Below are positions 32,212-42,091 of a stretch of 64,000 nt of DNA, piece by piece. Below the pieces are notes generated by a model. It saw only the letters and a program-made list of their open reading frames with translations. It ran no database searches and was not told the origin of the DNA. Every line of letters begins with the position of its first letter. Positions within the stretch are counted from its first letter, which is position 1. The translations under genes and the position numbers were made by a program. The DNA is taken from positions 11,283 through 75,282 of the forward strand of contig CACEOC010000002.1 in assembly GCA_902561075.1 (NCBI GenBank). The letters run 5' to 3'. Origin of the DNA: an uncultured Pelagibacteraceae bacterium (lineage in GTDB: Bacteria > Pseudomonadota > Alphaproteobacteria > Pelagibacterales > Pelagibacteraceae).

Positions 32212-32637
32212 TTATTTTTTTTTAACTCCGTAAAGCTCTAATTTATGATCCACTAAATCATATCCATATTTTTCAGCTATTTTTTTTTGCAGTTTATTAA
32301 TCTCGTCGTCTTCAAACTCTATTATATGTCCAGTTTTTACATCAATTAAATGATCGTGATGACTCTCTCTTATTTCCTCATATCTTGCTTTGCCACCTTT
32401 AAAGTCATGTTTAGTTAATATACCAGCCTCTTCAAAAATTTTTACAGTTCTGTATACCGTTGCAATACTTATTTTTGGATCGATTTTAGAAACTCTATTG
32501 TATAATTCATCAACATCTGGATGATCGGACTCGCCATAGGTTGATTTGGATTCGGACATTACTTTAGCTATAACTTTTCTCTGGTCTGTAAGCTTAATTC
32601 CTTTAGAAATGCATTTATTTTCAATAGTATCACTCAT
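32212..32637 (-). CDS. fur: Fur/Mur-family metal-uptake regulator
   Basis: TDQR, HPDVDELY, ISIATVYRT, HHDHLID, LVDHKLELYG. Confidence 0.9.
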   Translation of the reverse strand: MSDTIENKCISKGIKLTDQRKVIAKVMSESKSTYGESDHPDVDELYNRVSKIDPKISIATVYRTVKIFEEAGILTKHDFKGGKARYEEIRESHHDHLIDVKTGHIIEFEDDEINKLQKKIAEKYGYDLVDHKLELYGVKKK

Positions 32638-32648
32638 GCCCTACACTT

Positions 32649-33023
32649 TTATTTATATATTGGTTTTATTATATCTTTTATTAAAACCCCTTTTTTAAAT
32701 AAGTCCAGCACTTTATTATAATTATTTCCATCTATTTGATTTGAACTAAAACCGTACAAATTTATACTATTATTGAAACTTAGTGCCTTGCAAATCGTGA
32801 TAGAAGATCTTATGCCTGAAAATTTTCCTGGGCCTTGGTTTACAAATATATTTGTTATTTCAGAAAGATTTAATTTATATTTTTTTAAAAATTTTACAAT
32901 TGTAACAGCTAGTTTATCAAAATTTGCTCTACTGTTTGGAGCTTCGTTAGTGTAAGATTTGGAATCAATTATGATTTTTAAAAAAATTTTTTCTTTAGTA
33001 GCATCAACAATTAAATTGTTCAT
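32649..33023 (-). CDS. tsaB: Shortened TsaB (t6A biosynthesis), 124 aa
   Basis: Start at MNNLIVDAT; VNQGPGKFSGIR matches GPGSFTGLR; usual position upstream of fur. Confidence 0.8.
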   Translation of the reverse strand: MNNLIVDATKEKIFLKIIIDSKSYTNEAPNSRANFDKLAVTIVKFLKKYKLNLSEITNIFVNQGPGKFSGIRSSITICKALSFNNSINLYGFSSNQIDGNNYNKVLDLFKKGVLIKDIIKPIYK

Positions 33024-34017
33024 CTTTTTTTTGTTAATATCCAATTCAATAGCAGATGAAAATAAAAAATTTTCTAATGACAAAGGAATATTATCTATAA
33101 TGTACCATAGATTTGAAGAAAATAAATACCCATCTACCAATATTAAAATGGATATTTTTAAAAAACATATGAGTTTGATTAGTGAAAGAGGTTATAATTT
33201 TTTTCATCCAAAAGAATTTCAAAAAAAATTTTTTGTTGCTAAAAAGGAAAAAGAAATATTGCTAACTATTGATGATGCATTTAGCTCTTTTTATAATAAC
33301 GCCTGGCCTTATTTAAAAAAAAATAAAATACCTTTTATTTTATTTGTATCAACAGAACATATTGGCACAACAGGTTATATGACATGGTCTCAAATTAAAG
33401 AAATAGAGAATGAAGAATTTGGATTTATAGGAAATCATTCCCATAGTCATGATTATCTTATAAATTTTACCTTTGATGAATTTAAATCTGACATCGACAA
33501 ATCAATAAAAATATTTACTAATAATTTAGGATATAATCCTAGATATTTTTCGTATCCATTTGGAGAATACAGTCTTAAACAAAAAAACTACATTAAAGAT
33601 AAATTCGATATTGCTTTTGGACAACATTCTGGAGTTATTGATATCAATAAAGACTTCTATGAATTGCCAAGATTCCCAATTAATGAAAAATATGGTGATT
33701 TAGAAAGATTTAAATTTTTATTAAATCTTTACCCATTGGAGTATAAAAGTATATCAATTAAAGACATGTTAATTCTTGAAAAGAATAACCCTCCAAAGTT
33801 TCATATAAAATTTTTTAAAGAGCAAACAAATTTAAAAAATATAAATTGTTTTTCGAATGAAGGTGGCGATTGGAAAGACACAAATATAAAATTAGAAGAA
33901 GAAAAGCTCTACATTATCCTAAAAGAAAAATTTAAACCACGTAGAGGTAGAATTAACTGTTCTCTAAAAGAAAACGACACCTGGAAATGGTTAGGTTTAC
34001 AATTTGTGATTAAATAA
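32971..34017 (+). CDS. Exported polysaccharide deacetylase (CE4/NodB)
   Basis: Signal peptide; MYHRF, LTIDDA, GNHSHSH, FSYPFGE, LPRFP. Confidence 0.88.
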   Translation: MIFKKIFSLVASTIKLFIFFLLISNSIADENKKFSNDKGILSIMYHRFEENKYPSTNIKMDIFKKHMSLISERGYNFFHPKEFQKKFFVAKKEKEILLTIDDAFSSFYNNAWPYLKKNKIPFILFVSTEHIGTTGYMTWSQIKEIENEEFGFIGNHSHSHDYLINFTFDEFKSDIDKSIKIFTNNLGYNPRYFSYPFGEYSLKQKNYIKDKFDIAFGQHSGVIDINKDFYELPRFPINEKYGDLERFKFLLNLYPLEYKSISIKDMLILEKNNPPKFHIKFFKEQTNLKNINCFSNEGGDWKDTNIKLEEEKLYIILKEKFKPRRGRINCSLKENDTWKWLGLQFVIK

Positions 34018-34019
34018 AA

Positions 34020-35159
34020 TCAAATATTATTTTGCAGACTTTTGCTTGACGGCAATATTTTAGCTTTATCGAAATCTTTTAAATTATTTTGATTAATAAT
34101 TTGCTTCAATATTTTAACATATTCTTCACCAGTTTCAGCATAAGAGTTTAGATAATTTGCTAATAGTGTACTATCTAAATTTTCTTCATTATCCCTTTGT
34201 GTCGCTCTCTCTTTTCTAAATGCTTTGTAGCTCTTATGTGTATTTAAGTTTCTTTGATAAGCTCTAACTGATGATTTTAGAACACTAAAAGCCATTACTT
34301 TATGTTTATCGCCTTTATCTGCTGCTGCAGGTGTAATACCTTCTCCAGAATAAGTCCACTGTCCAAAAAGAGCATTACCCTCAATTGCAAATCTTGATGT
34401 TCCCCATCCGCTCTCTTTTGCTGCTTGAGCCAGAGCAAGAGAGACAGGAATTATATCCATTCTAATCTTTAATGTAGTAACATCTTTGTTTACTACTCCA
34501 TACTGTTTAAATTTTTTATCCAGCCATTGTCTCTCTGATTTAGTGTTATTATTTTTATTAAGAACCTTGAAGAGAATATCTCTATCTCTGAGAATTCTGT
34601 TATTTTCACTTAGAATTAAGGGCAAAACAATTTTAATAAATAAATCTTTTCTTTTTTTTGTGCTCTCAATATTTTTTAACTCCTCTGGCAACATGCCAAC
34701 TTCAAATGGTTTAACTATTTTATTAACTCTTACTTTCTTTAAATTATAATCATTATCTTCAAATAATTGATTTAAAATTGAAGCTTCTATTCTAACAGAT
34801 TTTGAAGGACCCTCTTTTAGTTCTACATCTTCATACAAATATCTTTGTGCTATTTCATCATTTTCCAGTTCACCAGATACCAGATTTTCTCCTGACAACA
34901 CCTTTTCCAAATATTTTTTTGAGTAATTTTCAACATGCTTGTTATGTTTTATGATGCTAGAAACTTTATTAATGCTTAATGGTAAAATGTAAAAAAAAGT
35001 GATTATAATTAAACTTGCAAATGACGTCGTATAAATATTTTTGTATTTTAATTTATGAGAAAATCCTTTTTTTTTAATGAGTCTATATCCTTTTTTTGAT
35101 AAAAATTTTTTTATTTTTTCGAAGTCCATTTGACTATTCTTTTTTATCATAAAATTCAT
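34020..35159 (-). CDS. Bax-like glucosaminidase (GH73 peptidoglycan hydrolase)
   Basis: N-terminal TM; LAQAAKESGWGTSRFAIEGNALFGQW, NLNTH, YAE. Confidence 0.85.
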   Translation of the reverse strand: MNFMIKKNSQMDFEKIKKFLSKKGYRLIKKKGFSHKLKYKNIYTTSFASLIIITFFYILPLSINKVSSIIKHNKHVENYSKKYLEKVLSGENLVSGELENDEIAQRYLYEDVELKEGPSKSVRIEASILNQLFEDNDYNLKKVRVNKIVKPFEVGMLPEELKNIESTKKRKDLFIKIVLPLILSENNRILRDRDILFKVLNKNNNTKSERQWLDKKFKQYGVVNKDVTTLKIRMDIIPVSLALAQAAKESGWGTSRFAIEGNALFGQWTYSGEGITPAAADKGDKHKVMAFSVLKSSVRAYQRNLNTHKSYKAFRKERATQRDNEENLDSTLLANYLNSYAETGEEYVKILKQIINQNNLKDFDKAKILPSSKSLQNNI

Positions 35160-35168
35160 GAAATTTCT

Positions 35169-35711
35169 TTAAATTGAAATCACCTCTTTAACCTCTTTAA
35201 CATAATGAGTTAAGAGATTTTCAACGCCTTTTTTTAGCGTAAGAGTTGAACTTGGACAACCCGCACAGCTACCTTGTAATTGCACAGTCACCTTTCCATT
35301 TTCAAAATTTTTAAAAACTATATCTCCTCCATCTCTTGAGACAGCAGGTCTAATCTTTGTTTCAAGAACATTTATAATCCTCTTTTCAATTTCACTAAAA
35401 TTTTTATTTGCATTATTGTCTACTTTTTCTTTAATGACACTTGTGTTTCCTTGGTTATAAAAATCGTTTATATAAGAAATTATTATATGTTTAATATCTA
35501 TCCATTCATAATCATTGTTTTTGTTTACTGATATAAAATCTTCATAAAAGAATACTCCTCGAACTCCATTAACAGATAATATTTGCTTTGCTAAAATATT
35601 ATCTGTTTTGTTTATATCTAGAATTTCAACAGGACCAATATTGGAAACTTTTTTACCTGGTAAAAATTTCAGAGAGTTCGGATTGGGTGTTGTTTGGACT
35701 TGAATAAACAT
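35169..35711 (-). CDS. NifU/NfuA-type Fe-S carrier
   Basis: TPNPNSLKF, IRPAVSRDGGD, GSCAGCPSS. Confidence 0.93.
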   Translation of the reverse strand: MFIQVQTTPNPNSLKFLPGKKVSNIGPVEILDINKTDNILAKQILSVNGVRGVFFYEDFISVNKNNDYEWIDIKHIIISYINDFYNQGNTSVIKEKVDNNANKNFSEIEKRIINVLETKIRPAVSRDGGDIVFKNFENGKVTVQLQGSCAGCPSSTLTLKKGVENLLTHYVKEVKEVISI

Positions 35712-35752
35712 AACTTCTATATAACTATTAAAAATAAATTTTAAAGATAAAT

Positions 35753-36754
35753 TTAGAAACCAACAATTTCCTTGATTTTTTTAACTTTTTTAGACGAAAT
35801 TTCATGTGCTTTTAAACCACCTTCGGTTAAAACTTTGTCTATGAAAGATATATCTTTATTTAACCTATTTATTTCCGAACTAATAGGAGAGATTTTTTCA
35901 ATTAAAAGATCTGACAAAGATTTCTTAAATTCTGAAAAATTTTTACCAGAAAATTGATTGACTGTATCTTTCAGCCCTTGATTATTTAAACTTGAGTATA
36001 TTCCAAGTAAATTTTGAGCTTCTGGTCTTTTTTTTAACTCCTCAATACTATCAGGTATAGGTAGTGGATCAGTTTTTGCTTTTTTAATTTTATTTGCAAT
36101 TATGTCGTTTGTGTCGTTCAAATTAATTCTACTAAAATCTGATACTTCAGACTTACTCATCTTTTTTTTTCCATCTTTTAGACTCATAATTCTGGCAAAC
36201 TCGTCTTGAATCATTGGCTCAGGTATTTTAAAAAAATCATTTATATTGAATTCTTGATTAAACTTTTGTGCTATGTCCCTAGTAAGCTCTAAGTGCTGTT
36301 TTTGATCATCTCCAACGGGGACATGAGTGGTATCGTATAGAAGAATATCAGCTGCCATTAGAATTGGATAAATGTAAAGACCGATGCTAGCTTTTTCCTT
36401 GTCTTTGCCAGCTTTTTCTTTAAATTGTGTCATTCTGTTAAGCCATCCCATTTTTGCGGTACATCCTAAAATCCATGATCCCTCGGAGTGAGATGGAACA
36501 TCTGATTGTTTAAAAATGACACTTTTTTTGAAGTCTAAACCACTTGCAAGAAAAGTAGCTGTGGTTTCTCGTATACTATTTTTAAGTTCAGATGGATCTT
36601 GTTTTATAGTTATAGCATGTAAATCAACTACACAATAAATACACTCTGCTTTTTCTTGATTTTGAAAATTAACAAAGTTCTTAATTGCACCTAAATAATT
36701 TCCTAAGTGCAGATTTCCTGTTGGTTGAACTCCAGAAAAAATTTTTTTAATCAT
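35753..36754 (-). CDS. trpS: Tryptophan--tRNA ligase
   Basis: SGVQPTGNLHLGNY, VPVGDDQKQH, KMSKS. Confidence 0.98.
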   Translation of the reverse strand: MIKKIFSGVQPTGNLHLGNYLGAIKNFVNFQNQEKAECIYCVVDLHAITIKQDPSELKNSIRETTATFLASGLDFKKSVIFKQSDVPSHSEGSWILGCTAKMGWLNRMTQFKEKAGKDKEKASIGLYIYPILMAADILLYDTTHVPVGDDQKQHLELTRDIAQKFNQEFNINDFFKIPEPMIQDEFARIMSLKDGKKKMSKSEVSDFSRINLNDTNDIIANKIKKAKTDPLPIPDSIEELKKRPEAQNLLGIYSSLNNQGLKDTVNQFSGKNFSEFKKSLSDLLIEKISPISSEINRLNKDISFIDKVLTEGGLKAHEISSKKVKKIKEIVGF

Positions 36755-36757
36755 TGC

Positions 36758-38287
36758 TTAATACTTTAATTTAATATCAGATAATTTAAAAGTCTTTGTC
36801 AAAATAGACACAAAAACATAAATTAATATTATAAATATTACAACAATAAGCATATATAAAAGTTTTAAATTATTTTCATAAACAAAGAGAAATGGGAAAT
36901 TTGCCAAAAACAAATAGAATAAATATACAGAAATAGATGAAGAACAAAGTATTTTAATAAATGAAAATGTAGTTTTACTGTTTATAGAGTAATATTTTTT
37001 ATTGTTTAAATATAAGAATAAAAGAATCGCATTAGACCATGAGGAGATAGTTGTAGAAATAGGTATAATAATAAATCCAATTTTATTAAAAAAAGTTATA
37101 CTTATAAATATATTTAATAAAACAGAAAATATTGAAAAATAAAAAGGAACTTTTGTATTATGTCTAGCAAATAAAAAGGTTGAAAAAATTTTTATTAAAG
37201 CAAAAGCTGGAACACCAAATGCAAAATAGAAAAGAGCCTTTGAGGAATTTTCTATACTTTCAACATCAAAAGAACCATAACCAAATAAGCTGGAAGTAAT
37301 CTCTTTAGGTGCAACCAATAATGCAAACATTGCAGGCAAACTTAAAAATAAACTAAGCTCTAAAGATTTATCTTGTATGTAATTTATTCTATCAAAATTT
37401 TTTTTTTCAACATATTCACTTAATTTTGGGAGTAACACTGTACCAATTGCTATCCCGGCAATTGCAAGGTTAATTTGATAAATTCTATCTGCATAATACA
37501 AATAAGATACTGCACTAGCTTCAAATGAAGCAATTATAGTCCCAACCAAAATATTTATTTGTGTTATCCCTGAAGAGAATATACTTGGAACAAGTTTTTT
37601 AAAAAAGAATTTTACTTTTTTAGTTATTCTAAAACTTATTTTTATTATCGGATTAAAATATTTTCTAACAAAAATAAAGAGGATTATAAGCTGGAATAAT
37701 CCAGCTATTGAAACTCCATAAGACAGTGTAACAACAATATTATCACCAAATTTAGTTTCAAAAATAAGCACACATATTAAAATAATATTCAAAATGATAG
37801 GTGCCGCTGCAGCTATGCCAAATTTATTATATGAGTTTAAGATTGCAGAAAAAAATGAGGCTAAACTTATAAAAAATAAAAAAGGGAATGTTATTCTTGT
37901 TAATAATATAGCTAATTCTAATTTATCATTATTTGCTTTAAAACCGGGTGCTATTAATTTGATAAATAGTGGCATGAATATCTCTATTATCAGAACCACT
38001 ACTAACAATCCTATCAACAAAAAATTAAAAACTTCATTGGCAAAAGCAGTAGCTTTTTTTTTTGATTTAGTTAATTCAGAAGAATAGCTTGGAATGAATG
38101 CTGCATTAAAGGTCCCCTCTGAAAACAGTCTTCTAAAAGTATTAGGAATTCTAAATGCTACAAAGAATGCATCTGCTAATGGGCCAGACCCCAATGTAAT
38201 TGCAATAAAAAAATCCCTAATATATCCTAGAATCCTACTAAGAAAGGTAAAGAAACTAAACGTGCCGGTTGACTTAATCAGATTCAT
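36758..38287 (-). CDS. murJ: Lipid II flippase
   Basis: SRILGYIRD, AFRIPNTFRRLFSEG, YYADR, many TMs. Confidence 0.96.
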   Translation of the reverse strand: MNLIKSTGTFSFFTFLSRILGYIRDFFIAITLGSGPLADAFFVAFRIPNTFRRLFSEGTFNAAFIPSYSSELTKSKKKATAFANEVFNFLLIGLLVVVLIIEIFMPLFIKLIAPGFKANNDKLELAILLTRITFPFLFFISLASFFSAILNSYNKFGIAAAAPIILNIILICVLIFETKFGDNIVVTLSYGVSIAGLFQLIILFIFVRKYFNPIIKISFRITKKVKFFFKKLVPSIFSSGITQINILVGTIIASFEASAVSYLYYADRIYQINLAIAGIAIGTVLLPKLSEYVEKKNFDRINYIQDKSLELSLFLSLPAMFALLVAPKEITSSLFGYGSFDVESIENSSKALFYFAFGVPAFALIKIFSTFLFARHNTKVPFYFSIFSVLLNIFISITFFNKIGFIIIPISTTISSWSNAILLFLYLNNKKYYSINSKTTFSFIKILCSSSISVYLFYLFLANFPFLFVYENNLKLLYMLIVVIFIILIYVFVSILTKTFKLSDIKLKY

Positions 38288-38335
38288 AAATCATATTAGT
38301 CATAACTTAGTTCTAAATTGATATCTAATTAAAAA

Positions 38336-40624
38336 ATGAAAAGAAAAAAAATTGAACATTATTCTGATAAAGAAGCGCTTGATTTTCATAATAGCAACAA
38401 ATCTGGCAAGATTGAGATTATTTCCTCTAAGCCGATGGTTACTAAAAGAGACCTTGCATTAGCTTATTCTCCTGGGGTTGCTGCACCAGTAAAAGCTATC
38501 TCAAAGAATCCAGAATTAGCTTATGATTATACAACAAAAGGCAACTTAGTAGCTGTTATTAGTAACGGGACTGCTATTTTAGGTTTAGGTAACTTAGGTG
38601 CTATAGCCTCCAAACCTGTTATGGAAGGTAAAGCAGTTTTGTTCAAAAGATTCGCAGATATAGATGCTATAGATTTAGAAATTGACTCTATTAACCCAGA
38701 AGAAATAATTAATTCAATAAAAAATTTTGCCAACAGTTTTGGTGGAATAAATTTAGAGGATATTGCGGCTCCGGATTGTTTTGTTATTGAAGAAAAATTA
38801 AAGAAAATTTTAGATATCCCTGTTTTTCACGATGATCAACATGGTACAGCGATTATTACTTATGCGGCATTATTAAATGCACTAGATATCTCTAAAAAAA
38901 ATATTAAAAAAGTAAAAGTTGTAGTGAATGGCGCTGGTGCTTCAGCAATGGCTTGCTCAAATCTTTTATTAAAAGCAGGTGTGATTAAGTCAAATATAAC
39001 AATGTTAGATAGCAAGGGTGTGATACATAAAAATAGGAAGAACTTAAACAAGTGGAAACAAAATTATGCAACAAATACAAAATCGAGAAAATTATCTGAT
39101 GCAATTAAAGGTGCAGATGTATTTTTGGGTTTATCTTCCGCTGGCGTGCTTACTAAAGAAGATGTGAGAAGTATGGCAGCTAACCCAATAATATTTGCTT
39201 GTGCAAATCCAGATCCTGAAATAACTCCAGAGGAAGTAGAAGAAGTTAGAAATGATGCAATTGTTGCCACTGGAAGATCTGATTATGCTAATCAAGTAAA
39301 TAATCTTTTGGGATTTCCATATATATTTAGAGGTGCTTTAGACGTTAGAGCAAAAACGATAAATGATGAAATGAAAATAGCAGCTGCAAATGCTATCGCA
39401 TATTTAGCAAGAGAAAGAGTTCCTGATGAAGTTGTTGCTGCGATGGGAGGCGAAAGACCTAAGTATGGAAAAGAATATATTATACCATCAACTTTCGATC
39501 CTAGATTAATAAACGTAATTCCTGTAGCTGTTGCAAAAGCAGCTATTAAATCAGGTGTAGCGAGGAAAAAAATTGATAATTTTGAAATATATTCAGAACA
39601 ATTAAAACAAAGATTAGATCCTTCTGTAACTATTATGCAGGGAATAAACTCTCAGATAAAAAGAACACAAAAGAGAGTTGTATTCGCTGATGGTGAGGAC
39701 GAAAATACTTTAAAAGCTGCAATTGCTTTTAAAAATAGTGGTTTAGGTATCCCAATTTTAGTTGCAAAAGACAAAGTTGTTAAACAAAGATTAAAAGAGA
39801 TTGGTTATAGCGAGAATTTAAATATAGAAATTATAAATTCTACTAAAAAAAAATTTAGAGAGAAGTATTCTCAATATGTATTTAACAAGTTACACAGATC
39901 GCAGGGACTACTTGAAAGAGACTGTGATAGACTAGTAAGAAATGACAGGGTAATTTGGGGATCTTGTATGGTTGCATGTGGAGACGCTGATGCCATGGTA
40001 ACTGGAAACACTCGGAGATATGGACAATCACTTCAAAAAATAACCAAAGTTATACCTCCTAGACCTGGGGAAATAATGTTTGGCTTAAACATGGTTGTAA
40101 ACAAAGGTAAAACGGTATTTATAGGTGACACTAGTGTTCATGAGTATCCATCTTCTAGACAACTTGCAGATATTGCTATCTCTTCTGCTAGAGTTGTAAG
40201 ATTATTTGGATTTACACCAAAAGTTGCCTTTCTATCACATTCAACATTTGGACAACCAATGACAAGTAGAACAAAACATATAAGAGATGCTGTTGAAATT
40301 TTAAAAAATAAGAATGTTGATTTTAAATTTGATGGAGATATGCAGCCCGATGTTGCCTTAAATGATGCATACAAAGAATTATATCCGCTATCAGAAATTG
40401 TTGGAAATGCTAACATTCTTATAATGCCTGGTCAACATAGTGCAGCAATATCCTATAAATTGTTGAAAAGTATGAGCGGATCAAAAGTTATTGGACCTCT
40501 TCTTATTGGTTTAGGTGCAGCAATTGAAATAGCTCCGTTAAGATGCTCAACTTCAGAAATTTTGAATCTTGCGTCTGTTGCAGCTTATTCTGCAGGTGTA
40601 ATTAATTATGTTAAAAAAAACTAA
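38336..40624 (+). CDS. maeB: NADP-dependent malic enzyme with PTA-like domain
   Basis: LAYSPGVA, KPVMEGK, NLEDI, FHDDQHGTA, ATGRSDY, C-terminal PTA domain. Confidence 0.96.
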   Translation: MKRKKIEHYSDKEALDFHNSNKSGKIEIISSKPMVTKRDLALAYSPGVAAPVKAISKNPELAYDYTTKGNLVAVISNGTAILGLGNLGAIASKPVMEGKAVLFKRFADIDAIDLEIDSINPEEIINSIKNFANSFGGINLEDIAAPDCFVIEEKLKKILDIPVFHDDQHGTAIITYAALLNALDISKKNIKKVKVVVNGAGASAMACSNLLLKAGVIKSNITMLDSKGVIHKNRKNLNKWKQNYATNTKSRKLSDAIKGADVFLGLSSAGVLTKEDVRSMAANPIIFACANPDPEITPEEVEEVRNDAIVATGRSDYANQVNNLLGFPYIFRGALDVRAKTINDEMKIAAANAIAYLARERVPDEVVAAMGGERPKYGKEYIIPSTFDPRLINVIPVAVAKAAIKSGVARKKIDNFEIYSEQLKQRLDPSVTIMQGINSQIKRTQKRVVFADGEDENTLKAAIAFKNSGLGIPILVAKDKVVKQRLKEIGYSENLNIEIINSTKKKFREKYSQYVFNKLHRSQGLLERDCDRLVRNDRVIWGSCMVACGDADAMVTGNTRRYGQSLQKITKVIPPRPGEIMFGLNMVVNKGKTVFIGDTSVHEYPSSRQLADIAISSARVVRLFGFTPKVAFLSHSTFGQPMTSRTKHIRDAVEILKNKNVDFKFDGDMQPDVALNDAYKELYPLSEIVGNANILIMPGQHSAAISYKLLKSMSGSKVIGPLLIGLGAAIEIAPLRCSTSEILNLASVAAYSAGVINYVKKN

Positions 40625-41214
40625 TTTTTTATTACTCTTAAATCATTCATCATTAGAATACTTGTCACAACATCTTCAACATCTAAAATCATTTTAGCTT
40701 CTTTAATAATTTCTTCTTTCTCTTCTTTCGTCTCTGCTATTCCATAGACATAAATAACTTTTTTATAAGTATCTATATTATAATTAATAGCTTTTATTTT
40801 TTTATTAAAAATCATTGCTGATCTTAGTTGAGAAGTAATTAGAAGGTCTTTTGCTGATTGTTTAAATCCAAATTTTTTGTCTATAACTAAATCATTTTTA
40901 ACTGATCTTGCACCTTTAGTCTCCCATGCTAACTTAGTTATTTTAAGTTTTTCCTCTGGAGTATCTACTTTTCCAGTAATAAATATTCTCCCATCAAGAA
41001 CTTTTGTTTTAACATCAACTATATACTTCTTATCAATCAAAATTATCCGAGTATCTAAACTTTTATCCATAATAGAGTCGTCTATTTGTGTTCCTAATGT
41101 TCTTGGATCCATTGCAACAGTAACTCCTGTACCAAAGAGACCTGATGATGATGCTCCAACGCAGCCTGATAAAAGAACAAAAAATATTAAATTGATTAAA
41201 TATTTATTTTTCAT
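40621..41214 (-). CDS. BON-domain lipoprotein (DolP/YraP-like)
   Basis: Lipobox LSGC; DPRTLGTQIDD; two BON repeats. Confidence 0.88.
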   Translation of the reverse strand: MKNKYLINLIFFVLLSGCVGASSSGLFGTGVTVAMDPRTLGTQIDDSIMDKSLDTRIILIDKKYIVDVKTKVLDGRIFITGKVDTPEEKLKITKLAWETKGARSVKNDLVIDKKFGFKQSAKDLLITSQLRSAMIFNKKIKAINYNIDTYKKVIYVYGIAETKEEKEEIIKEAKMILDVEDVVTSILMMNDLRVIKN

Positions 41215-42070
41215 TTTTTAACTTTAAACAATATTTATATATAGCTGATTTTGAAATATTTTTTTCTGAACCAATAATACTAACGATATCTTTAATTGTT
41301 AATTTATTCATTAAATTTTTAATTTTTATCTTAACTGATTCTTCTAAAGTTTCTTTGTTTTTTTTTGTTTCGTCAACATCAGAAATAATAACTGTTATTT
41401 CTCCCTTTAAATTTATAATTTGTTCACTTAGCTCTGATATATTTGATCTATAAATTTGCTCATAATACTTTGTCAATTCCTTGCAAATAACAATCTTTCT
41501 ACCTAAAAAATAATCTTTAAGATGTGGGATTAATTTATTAAATTTTTTTGCGGAAATAAAAAATACTATTGAATTATGTAATTTAGATAAAAATTCTAGC
41601 TCCTTTTTAATTTCATTTTTTTTATCTGATAAAAAGCCCTGAAAATAAAAATTATTAGAGAAGCCAGAAACAGATACAGCTGTTACTACTGCTGATGGAC
41701 CAGGAATTGGTATAATCTTTATATTTTTTTTAATACACTCATTTATTAAAATATTTCCTGGATCAGAAATTAATGGTGTTCCTGCATCTGATACTAAAGA
41801 GAGAATTTTCGAATTATTTAATAATTCTAAGATTTTATTTAAATTTTTTTTTTCGTTAAACTTGTGGTTCGAAATAAGTTTTTTATCAATTTTATAGTGT
41901 GCCAATAGTTTTTTTGTCACTCTTGTGTCTTCACATAAAATAAAATCTGAATTTTTAAGAACTTCAATTGCTCGAAAGCTTATATCCTTAAGGTTTCCAA
42001 TAGGAGTTGAAACAACATATAAGGCATTTTTGATCTTATTTTTGTCTTGTTCTAGATGCATTATTCTCAT
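41204..42070 (-). CDS. rsmI: 16S rRNA C1402 2'-O-methyltransferase
   Basis: STPIGNLKDIS, CEDTR, SDAGTPLISDPG, PIPGPSA. Confidence 0.96.
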   Translation of the reverse strand: MRIMHLEQDKNKIKNALYVVSTPIGNLKDISFRAIEVLKNSDFILCEDTRVTKKLLAHYKIDKKLISNHKFNEKKNLNKILELLNNSKILSLVSDAGTPLISDPGNILINECIKKNIKIIPIPGPSAVVTAVSVSGFSNNFYFQGFLSDKKNEIKKELEFLSKLHNSIVFFISAKKFNKLIPHLKDYFLGRKIVICKELTKYYEQIYRSNISELSEQIINLKGEITVIISDVDETKKNKETLEESVKIKIKNLMNKLTIKDIVSIIGSEKNISKSAIYKYCLKLKNEK

Positions 42071-42091
42071 GAATATATTATTAATTAACTT

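Noticed and set aside
38301-38317. Possible ICE box between murJ and maeB
   Set aside because: Only the TTCTAAA half matches; the other half is 2/7
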